Assembly: GCF_964204645.1 (NCBI RefSeq)
Contig: NC_134026.1
Span: 7,711,950-7,775,949, forward strand
Origin: Tubulanus polymorphus
Lineage: Eukaryota > Animalia > Nemertea
Direction of reading: 5' to 3'
DNA length: 64,000 nucleotides
The position numbers were made by a program, and so were the translations under genes. This document shows, piece by piece, positions 1 through 10,075 of this stretch (its first letter is position 1; every line of letters begins with the position of its first letter). The notes under the pieces are model-generated. The model had not been told where the DNA came from. It did no database searches and worked only from the letters and a program-made list of their open reading frames with translations.

Positions 1-1194
1 TTGGTGGTTTTAACTGAATTTTCACGCAAACCAGTTCCACAATATCTCTGAAAACCTTGACTTGATATCATCCATTTTCAATTGAAGTAATATCTCGGCA
101 ATTTGATATTAACAAGAAATTCAAAAGATTAACCACTGGACCTTGCAGCCGTTATCAAATTATCAAATTTAAATCATTAACATATACGTCCTGAGACTTT
201 AAAACTTGTGGTTCCTTATTTAGGGGGATAATTTCAAGTTAATTTAGATTTAGAGGTTATCAATCAAGACCAAAGTTTCGACTGTTCTTGAACCGCTATT
301 ATCAGGAGGGCAGGTAAATTTATGACTTGGTCTCAAGTCGTGACTTATGTCCAAACATGGGAATTCAAAATAAGAAAAGTTTATTGTGGCTATCATCAGG
401 TGTAATGATGGAATACAACGTTTTAAGCGGTAAAGGGTGAAATCATAACCTTGAACTGTTAAATTGGGTCCTAGTTTGAGGTCCGAACTTCAAGGACTCG
501 GCGCACAGAACAGAACCGTTTAAGATACAAATTTTGAGACGTTCCCCATATTGATTTCTACAGTGACTGAACTTTAAATGAGCAGCAATGTCAACTCTGC
601 CTCTAACAGCCGAAGAGCCGATGTGATTTTTATGATATTTCTTGTTAAACTAGCATCGCCTGAGGGCTATCGTCAAATAAGATGCCGACAGCCATTGCCC
701 TCGGTTGTAATCCATGTTGAAATTCGCTTTTTATAGATTTTCATAAAGGAATTGTGAAGAAGAGAAAGTGGAATAGTTCCCAAACAGGCCTCCAAATGGC
801 TTTAATTTGTTCCGCAAATTCTGACTAACAACATCTCGAGGAAGTTGGTATTTTTTTTTCAGTGAGAAATTTACCGGCGGTAGATCCGAACGTTTAGATC
901 GGTTTCATTTAATCAGCGCCTCACTAGAAATTTAATGAAAATTAAATTTTACCCGACGGAAGCTTTTTGGTAAAAATGTTTTATCTTTTTTTCAGAGCTA
1001 AACTTTTCGACGATAATTCGAAACGCGGTAACTTTTCTATGAAAGTGTGCGACCAAAAATTATGAAAAACGTCTACGATTTTCGAGATAATATTTGCGAA
1101 TGCGATTGCCCAGAAATTATGAAAACTATTTTTCTCACCCACAACACAATGAAACTATCATTGAAAAAAAGAAAAAAAAGTTTTTTAGTCCTAC

Positions 1195-1659
1195 CTGCTG
1201 TGCGTCTTCGATGGATACTCCGGTACCGTGTAGACTGAGCAGCGAGGTCTCCTGATCCAAACCGTGGTGTCCGGTATGCATGAGTACATCCGGTCTCCGG
1301 ACCGCCCCGTAGTCCGACCTTCTCGAATCGTACCCCGATAGTCCGGGATGCATATTGTGTAGGTCATCCCTGTGTCTGAGTACATTTCTCTCCGGCGGGT
1401 GTAACTGATGATAGTGCTGTTGCGGACCCTGGTGAAACGTATTCAGATGAGAGTACGGGTCGGCGTTGACGTGAGCGTGATGAAAGTCCACCGGTTGTTG
1501 AGGGGGGAGATTATAGGGCGGTGGGAAATAAGGGGGTTGAAAGTCTGTCGTCGGTGTGTGAGATAATCTTGGAGCGGCTGTAAAACCGGAACTAGTCGTA
1601 CAAACAGCGCTTCCGAGTTGACCGAGACTTCCGTGTGTTCCAACAAGATCCCGACGTTC
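1195..1659 (-). CDS. TFAP2: Transcription factor AP-2 family, coding exon 2 (N-terminal proline-rich activation region with PY motif)
   Basis: The translation ERRDLVG...[21 protein letters not shown]...DPYSHLN...[22 protein letters not shown]...SIEDAQQ matches the vertebrate TFAP2A/B N-terminus as I recall it ([36 protein letters not shown]). On the minus strand the acceptor is ...tattttacag|GAA at 1660/1659 and the donor is CAG|GTAGGA at 1195/1194. Length is 465 nt (155 codons), phase 0-0. Confidence 0.96.
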
Positions 1660-2269
1660 CTGTAAAATAGACAGAACAAAAATAAAGATATGATATTTTG
1701 TAGACGACAATAAACAGTGTTAAATGTGAGTCACAGGACAGTCAGAAAACAATGAGTCAAATATTGTTGGAAATTCGCGGCAACAATGAAAAACGACCGC
1801 GTAAAAAATCTTAACCTTACGTTATCACAAAAACCGAACAGTTGAAATAATCAAAAATCTTTTTGATAACTAATTTGATCCTGTTTGTGGCGGAGATCTG
1901 AGATGATGGAATAATCCTGTAAGATGAAACTATAACGGCAGTGATGGCACAGCTTCCAGTGAGTGAAGGAGCAGGCGGTTGAATTATTGGCCGTTTATCA
2001 GAAGGTACCACGAGTTATATACGATGAGAAGTTGTCACCCGAGGCCAGACGAGACTTTATACCGCTCGCGCTCTCCCTCTCTCTCTGCGAGGCCCTTAGG
2101 CCCCCGTAAACTAGACCAAACACTTCAAACTATAAACTGTCCCCTCTAGTTATCACTCTCTCTCTATCTGTATTCTGTGCTGCCCCTCGAGCCTTCTAGC
2201 TGACTCTGTACCATCAAACAACAACCTCGAAATAAAGAAATACACTCCAAATTCTAAATTCACACAAAC

Positions 2270-2473
2270 CTCGGCTTCGATAAGTCCAAAAGCTGACGGC
2301 ATTGTTGAGTCTCTGTCGTTGAGTTTATTTGAGTAATGACTGGCCGAATCGTCACTGGTCAGATCGGTGTATTTACGCTTATCTGGAGATACCGGAATCG
2401 AATGCAAAAGTCCCGTTTGATGATGGTGGTGATGGTGATGTTGCTGTTGTAATTGCGGACTCAAATCTGCCAT
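2270..2473 (-). CDS. TFAP2: Putative first coding exon of TFAP2 (MADLSPQLQQQHHHHHHHQ...AFGLIEAE)
   Basis: ATG at 2473 in the context attATGG, with an in-frame TAA at 2527-2525 upstream. There are 68 open codons, and the His tract mixes CAT and CAC codons. The phase-0 donor GAG|GTTTGT at 2270/2269 is compatible with the phase-0 acceptor of exon 2. CCAAT boxes lie ~400 bp upstream. I do not recognise the peptide itself as conserved. Confidence 0.72.
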
Positions 2474-2595
2474 AATACGTAGATCCTTTCCGTGATAAAG
2501 TGCCGCCGCCTTCTCCACGCTGTATTAAGCGAGAAGATTTTGCTGCACTTCTCTCTAACTCTGAAACAGTTTTTTGATGTAACTCCTAGTATCCT

Positions 2596-2610
2596 CTACG
2601 ACGTAGCCAT
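2596..2610 (-). other. Short upstream ORF (MATS*) in the presumed TFAP2 5' UTR
   Basis: The minus strand reads ttcATG GCT ACG TCG TAG, ending ~120 nt upstream of the main ATG. It is relevant only if the TSS lies above 2610. Confidence 0.35.
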
Positions 2611-2649
2611 GAATGTTGGCCGCTGACGGATGACGACAGGGTGTGTTGT

Positions 2650-2910
2650 GTAGTAAAAATGCTTTCTCCTAATACGCGCTCTCTCTCTTTCTGCGAAACA
2701 AACTGCCCTTCGCAAGCTCCGATATGAATGAACCACACGGTCTATTTTGATCCTGCAAAAGCCCCAGGCTGTGAGATTGTGAAGTTTCTCTTTAGCCGCC
2801 GGAGATTTTCATTCTGTCCTTTACTGGATGGTCGACTTTTCTTACATCTCAACCAATCAGCGTCGCGCACATATGAACGCGCTGAATAAGCCGGGCTGTG
2901 ATTGGCTGAC
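2650..2910 (-). promoter_or_regulatory. Proximal promoter of TFAP2: two CCAAT/NF-Y boxes, an AP-2 consensus site and a GA repeat
   Basis: AACCAATCAG at 2851-2860, GATTGGCTG at 2900-2908, GCCCCAGGC (GCCN3GGC) at 2761-2769 and a CT/GA repeat near 2678-2690. The segment is CpG-rich and immediately 5' of the first coding exon. The TSS cannot be determined. Confidence 0.55.
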
Positions 2911-5367
2911 CGCGTACGCACCCGAAGGCAGTCATGTCGTTTTAGTTGTAAGTCCAACCCTCTTGTCAACGTGCACATTGAATACGTGCTAAACGCCATT
3001 GTTTATTGACAGAACGCTTTGAGAAGTTCTTTTTAGGCGAACGTCGGCATTCTTCATCTAAAATCTTTCATTCTGTTACTGATTTTAAATCCTTAATTCT
3101 TTTTCGGCTACTATTTTGTCCCGGGTCCCAATAAGCTCACTATACATCACTCCTCGCTCGGTGCTTGAGGCGAATATTCCTATTTTCCATTCAGACGGGG
3201 ATTTGGCTTGATTTAGGGGGTTGGAAAGACTGCGCTGTACAAATAGACGCCGGATTTCTACGACATTTCCCCGCGAGCTAGAACTGATCTAAATCCGAGG
3301 GTAAAAACTGAACTCTAACAAAATACACCCAGAATAGTAACCTAGGTTTCGGCCCGTTCATAAAAAAATCGTCAAAAACGATTCGATTTAAAGAAAACTG
3401 TTTAAGACATTCCCCTAAATGTATATATTCTTGTTTTGTTTCGTAGTCTAAGGAGTAGGGATAATTTTGTGCTGTCAGCAAAAATTTATAAAAAATCCCG
3501 TGTCAAAAATCTATATTTTGTGACAATTGACATCCCTGGATTACAGCGCCATCTTGTTTTAAACAGATGCGCTAAAAATTATCGCAGATTCAGCAAGAAA
3601 ACGATGAAATATCTCCTATTCCACTTGAAGAGATACTATTCAAAACGCTTGTGTCGGATAGAGAGGGAAAATATAGTTCTAAATTCGGAGTTTATTAGAA
3701 TTTCTAGCTATAGTTTGATAGCATTTAGACGGAAACGATCCGAATCGACGCTCGGATAATTTATGAAACAATGGCGACTGACAGTTCCCTCCCTTCTCAC
3801 ATAATCATCGATCTCATTACCTAGAATAGTGTCGGGATCTATTGATGGGTGGCGCAGCGGTGCGTGACCGATAGACACCGTCTCATCATAGCATAAATAC
3901 ACAACCATTCGTAGTCCGGCCGATTAGATTAATTAGCCTATATTGGTTAATTAGTAATCTATGAGAGACAGCGTGCTTGAATGTCCTGTCATTAGACCGT
4001 GCGTTGAGATACAATTTACTTCGTCTCAAAAAGATCGTTATGACAATTATGAATTTACTCGTCACTTGTATTCTAGTTAGTCTCTCAGTGTTGTCCAATA
4101 GGAATCTTTGATCTAGACAAATTAATTACGTTTAATTCATAATCGGATACTTAACCACGCGACGATTAGGCGGTGGTGGTCGGGTCTCAAAGTGAAATAC
4201 TGTTAATAGCTATAGTTAAGACCGTATAAGTTGTCCTAGACCCTCTCAGACACACGATCAAGGGCACAGATCAGACATAACACGTCATAAAGCCACCGCG
4301 ATCCATGAAGCATATTATACCCCTTCCATCAACCCAAGGAAACATAATCTCAATATCTAAGTCAATCGTGTCCAACTCCATTTGGCCACTGCACGACGAG
4401 GAAAGTTCTAGATATCAAGACGAAGAAATCTATACCATGCATCCGGTTCCACGGCTCCATAATTGGCAGTTTAAAGATTGACTTCAGTTGAAGCATTGGA
4501 AATGACTTAAATGATATCATGGTCATACAGATAACCAGTGGAAGTGGTTCCAATGTGGTTCATAAAACACCCAAAATCTTAGTATCCGATCCAAAAAAAA
4601 CGTTTAAATCAAATATTCAAAGCCTTCCTTTCTAATCCTCAGAATTAATCTGGCCCCAGTTTGAACTCGAACCCCGGTCAGATCAAAGTATTCTAATCTT
4701 GAAGCGAAATTAATCTAAAAAAAAAACGGAATATTTTTATTTATATCTGAAATACGTTATTTCTTATCGGAAAATGACCTTTTCTGCCCGGAATTCGACT
4801 ATTTCCGCCGAGTAGATTTTCGGTGTCGCCGGAATTAAAATATATTTACAAGAGTTCGGAGCCGCATTCCGCATTCCAGAAACATCAAACGAGATACCGG
4901 CTTATTACATATACCAAACTACCGTCATCCAGTCTACACCCTGTCACCAAAATGTCGTAAAAACCTGTGTATTAATCGATAATCGCCGAGTCCCATAACC
5001 TCGGCTTTAAATGAGATCGCAAATTAATAATGACTCACAGCGGTTTGATATAATTCACCGGATCACAATTCAAAATATCACAGAGATTTCACAGATTGAT
5101 GAGAAAATTAAAATGAGATTGAGATTGAGAGAGTGAGAATTCGATTAGGCAAATACAATCAGTTTGAACGAAATTTAGAATCATATAAAATAAGGGAGCG
5201 GAGCAGGAGAGTAAAGAATTGGGGGTCGTTAGACGGAGAGGTATAAGCGATATTTTGCGATTATATAACATCGAATTTTACACCTTCAATAATCAATTTA
5301 TTGGCGGTTTCCAAAATTCAACTTCGAGCAATTTTGAATAAGAATTTCGGACCAGTTTCACAAGATG

Positions 5368-5516
<149 letters not shown>

Positions 5517-8064
5517 GTCTCCAATTACTTTTCATATAATAAACCATAAATCAAAACTCTATGAACGAATTTATTCTTTTTTTGTCCCAATTCAAATATC
5601 AAATATCAGAATTAAATTTCAAACAAAAATCGCTATAATACTTTTCCAGCACATACTGCTGATGCTGGTTGTTTATTCCAAGGTTTCGCTATTTTTTTCG
5701 CCATCTTGTCGCCGCGTACAAACAACAACAATAAACACTGACACCCGAACGGCTGACAAGCGAACAAATCTCATATCATAAATAATCACACGTACATACA
5801 TCAACTTTATATTCAAACTGGTTTTGTTTTGTCCGCCAGAGAAATTTTCACCCGATTTAACTTCAATTTGACAGATTTTCCATTCACCGATAATTATTAC
5901 TGAGACATAAAACCGTCAGTTTCGGCTTAGAGTCGATTGTCAGCGATCACAATCACAGAACTCTTTAAACACCGCTTCTCATTGAGCCGAGAATTTCTGC
6001 ACTTTGTTTGAAGATCATTATCGGTGAATACTTTTATAATTGACGTTATGCTTTTGAAGCCGCCAAATTGCGACGTATTCCCAGGAAAAACCGCGCTGTC
6101 TTATGTTGATAGGCGTTTAAGTTGTGTCCCTTTTTAAATACGGATCACTGATTTAAATGATTCGAGTCTTAGAAGTAGAACTAATACGTTTGTAATGCAA
6201 ACATATCTTACACGTCACTCAAACGATTAATTTGTAGATCAAATACGGGATTCGAACCTGATTTTCAGCACTTTTTTCAAACGTTGTGCTATGATATTTC
6301 TATTCAGATTTGCTATGATTCTATTCTATTTTGCTATAATATTTCTATTCAGTTACGTCAATACAGCCGAAACATCCCCTTACGTACTTACGTAAACATG
6401 GGCAATTTATGATTTTCATGTCAAGTTGAAATAATGGGATTCGAACCCGATTTGCAGCATATTTTCCACGCGCGTGCGCCAACACTGTAATTATCTCCAT
6501 TTCTTCCCCGACGAACCGAGGACCGGAAGACAAACATCCACCCATCCGGGATTATCTCAATCCGCGGATTAGAAAGAAATTTACCTGATTATCGTCAAAT
6601 TTCCTGATAGCTGCCGTCGACCAGTGCGCCTGCGCATCAGGACCGGCTCTAGCGGCTATACTAATCCAAGACATAATTTAAATCCGGAATAAGCGGCGAA
6701 GACGCATCATCCTGAGAGCGGTCGTCTGTTCGTATAGAGAATGAGCGAATGTTTTACTCGATTCTGTGATCCAGGCAGAAGTAACCGCCCCAAGGCCTCT
6801 GCCGTTTAGTAAAATACTTCCTCAGTAGAATCTTGGTTGTTTAATGTCACTCAAAGTGTCGTAGCTGATGGGCCCGCACCGCCTGGTCGCCTGTCGCCTG
6901 CCTGTTTTACTGGAGGGGATTTATAAGCCGCGCCGCCGCCGATATTTGAATAACGGGTACTGAAGAGATCTCACTCGAAAACCATTGACAAAATACCTCA
7001 TAATGAGACTGGAGTTTGAGTAGCCCTGGGCGCAATGCCTGTCCATCGCAATTAGACATCCCCCTCTTCTCTCTCTCCCCTTTCTCTCTCTCTTCTCTAA
7101 AACTGTCTTTGCCCGTTGTTCGTGTATTTCGCCAAAAGCGATGATAATCTTACTACACTGAATGTACTCGTAGTGGCGATGATGATATGTTAATATCCGC
7201 GGAGTGAGATCTGTTGGTTAAACGGTTCTTATCCTCATCAGGTCACCAAGCCACCTCACTTCCCCCTCTATTTCTCATATCTCTTCTCTCCCTCTCTACT
7301 CTCCCCGTCTCTCTCCCCCTTACCATCTTACAAAATTCCTTAACCCTAGCCCATACACAAGATCCCCTATAAAATATATTTTTTATCTATTTCACTCTCG
7401 TGTCTCGTAGTGTTAAACCACAGTGGACTGAGTGGATGTGGATCTAGTGTAGTGCGTCAGTCAGTGTTTTGATGTAGACAGGTAGAGACCCCGCGTGTCA
7501 CAGGAGTCGGTGTCCCTCAGGGAGATGTGATAACTCCGCCAGTATTTTATGATATCAACACTTCAAGCATGATTAAATCCCATGATGGCGGAGTCTCCCC
7601 GGAGTAGAAACCGCACCGCGGCGACAATTCAGTTCTGTACCAGTGAATCTGTTTAACTATCGAATTCATAAAGACGCATTTAAACTGAATAATTTATCGT
7701 CAAAATTCTGATTTATAAAGTTTGATTTTTCCCCGTTTTATGGAACAGTGAATCTAAGACATATAGAGGTCTGTTGCAATTATTTATTTATGTACATAAA
7801 ACCATTAAATCACTGAATTAAACAAATTTCATTTATGATTCATTGTTTTATGATGAATTTTCGTGATTTGGTGGAAAATTTCCAAAACTTGGAATTAAGA
7901 ATTTCTGACAATAGGAACTTGTAATAAAAAGAAACTAGCAGCAATCAGGGAATGATTACAGCACTTAAGTGGTCACCAGTCACCACACCTAAATGGTCAG
8001 TCACGACAGCGAAATAGTCCCCACACTGAGCACACAAATGGACAAAATGGCACTAGAATTCAGT

Positions 8065-8135
8065 GATCTGCTTTGTAGCATGCACGACTGGTATGCCAGA
8101 GGTCGCAGGTTCGAGTCCGGCTGATGTTAGGGTTA
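8065..8135 (+). mobile_element. Degenerate tRNA-derived SINE head
   Basis: B-box GGTTCGAGTCC at 8108-8118, preceded by tRNA-like tagcatgcacgactggtatgccagaggtcgca. No intact acceptor stem. Aligns by eye with the copy at 26.2 kb, including the following gct...ttagg.tt. Confidence 0.55.
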
Positions 8136-9789
8136 GCTTCCATCTAGAAAGTTAACGGTTTTTACAGTTAGGTCTACAGTTTCGCCAAGAAGACGTATTT
8201 CTGCTTGATTTTTCTTTCTAAACAAAGATGGGCCTGTCTATATCCAGGTGTCCCGTTTGGAAGGTGTCGCTGCTGTGTGTTAAGTTTTTTTCAGAGTTTC
8301 CGCAATTTTGATCCCTCTACCATTTCGTAGTCTAGGAATAATGTTGGACAAACGCACTACAATTAGTTCTAGTACCCTCGATCACATTGTAACATAGTTC
8401 TAAAGAGTCCGCGCTCAGCGGGAACTGAGTCTACCTACTCATTACTAGACAACTCGTTTCACTAAAACTTTCAAAGACCTAAGACCTATCTCCCTCGCAG
8501 TGAGAATAAAGGCATTCGTATGCAAAACAACCAAACTAACGTACGACAAACCCTACAATTATGTAAAAGAAGAAAATTGTTATGAGTTTATAGAAAATAG
8601 AGCGAAAATTAGTTCGGTATCGGATGCGTTCGATTGTGTATATTCAATAGGAGCTAATTTGGAGCTAATTTCAGAATTGAATGAAAGTGACGCTTGAACG
8701 TAAGAAATTTCGAGCCAGCTAATTTCAATACGAGTCCCTTGATACCCGATGCCAACGTCACCTCTATCACCTCAGCGGGCTCATTCTACACTGAATAGAT
8801 TCTGCGAAAGATAATTTCTATCGATGTTACCTTTACTAAACAAACAGTTTGTTTTATTCCGTTTATACCGGAATTGAGCTCGAAGCGCAAAAAACTAAAC
8901 TTTGCTGAACTCAGCAAAACTGCTAGTGAATTCGTTAAGTTATATTCGCATTTTTCTCCATTTAACGCCGAATATAGACTCCATGAAATTATTAGCTTCA
9001 AACTTTACTGAATTAACTCTAATTCAATTTACGTCTTATTTGCGAATTAATCTACGATACGATAATGGGGATATATTGTAGCTTACTATAGAATAAAAAC
9101 AAAATGTTGGCCATCGGTTGAGGTTAAAATATTACTCATGACCTTAAATCTATTTAAGAATTGAGAGCTTAAAGCGCAACAATGTAAACTTTGCTGAACT
9201 CAGCGAATTTCTACTAAATTCATTACGGTTTGTTTGTATATTATAGTTTTTTCTAACGATTTTCTGCTTTGTACAAAATGTACTCTATATATTGACAAAA
9301 CCGCTAATTGCATCCATTATTGTAACATTATTTCTAACAGCAGTCGAAAGACATTTTGTATAGAACCAACGGACACAATTGTCGCATAGAAGTTAACTTT
9401 AAATGAAATAAATCAATTACGAGCCTCTGAAATGTAGAGGAAATTCAGTAGCTTTGATACGAGGCATCGTCGCCCAGGGTTAAACTTCAATTACATAAAC
9501 GCGAAGCGAATATTCAGTCATATCTATTTTGAACCTATACTGATGGCATGATGGAATGGTGGGTTACCCGAGGCGATACTCCAGGCTTTTAAACTTCCAT
9601 AAAAACAACAAACACGCAAGCGACAGAGGAGTAAAAATTGATCGTTTGAGTTTCCAGTGTAATACTCGTATTACACATCGTGAAAATTGAATGTAATGTA
9701 ATGTATTGGAATGTAATGATGGTTGGTGATGTTTCAGTATGTTCTCACGACACGTGTGAAGACCACGACACTCGGGGCTTTACACGTGT

Positions 9790-10075
9790 GATAGCGAGGA
9801 GAGAGCGAGAGGGAGGGAGGGAGGGTAGATAGAGAGGTGGTGAGGCCAGCGAGAGAAAAAAGAAAATTGAGTTAAGAGGACTGGAGACCGAGAGGAGCGA
9901 GAGAGAGATGGGATGGGATGAGGGAGAGGAGACAGGGGAACAGAGGGAGATATGGAGATGAGAGGGGTAGAGGGAGGGTGAGAGAGAGGGGGGATATGAG
10001 ATAGGTGGTAGAGAGAGGAATGGAGTCTGAGGGGGAGTGAGCTGGAGTGAGCTGGAGACTGAGGAGGCTGGGATT
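9790..10075. repeat. GA-rich low-complexity polypurine tract, including (GGGA)4
   Basis: Directly visible. Similar tracts lie at ~20870-21035, 26560-26670, 32500-32880, 38745-38840, 41170-41285 and 45490-45620. Confidence 0.85.

Noticed and set aside
1-1194. Search for AP-2 exon 3 or DNA-binding-domain exons
   Set aside because: No VIKK-like or basic helix-span-helix coding sequence was found, so this is treated as intron 2 continuing beyond the window edge.
6955-7000. Hammerhead-like CTGAAGA...GAAA with a GGTA/TACC stem
   Set aside because: Stem II has only 2 bp and there is no stem III or UH cleavage site. The CTGATGA sites I checked, for example ~20292, lack the GAAA.
7430-7449. Minus-strand ACTAGATCCACA resembling miR-279
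   Set aside because: Seed mismatch (CACTAGA versus GACTAGA) and no flanking hairpin.
9707-9728. TGGAATGTAA resembling miR-1
   Set aside because: Part of an (AATGT)n simple repeat, with no hairpin.
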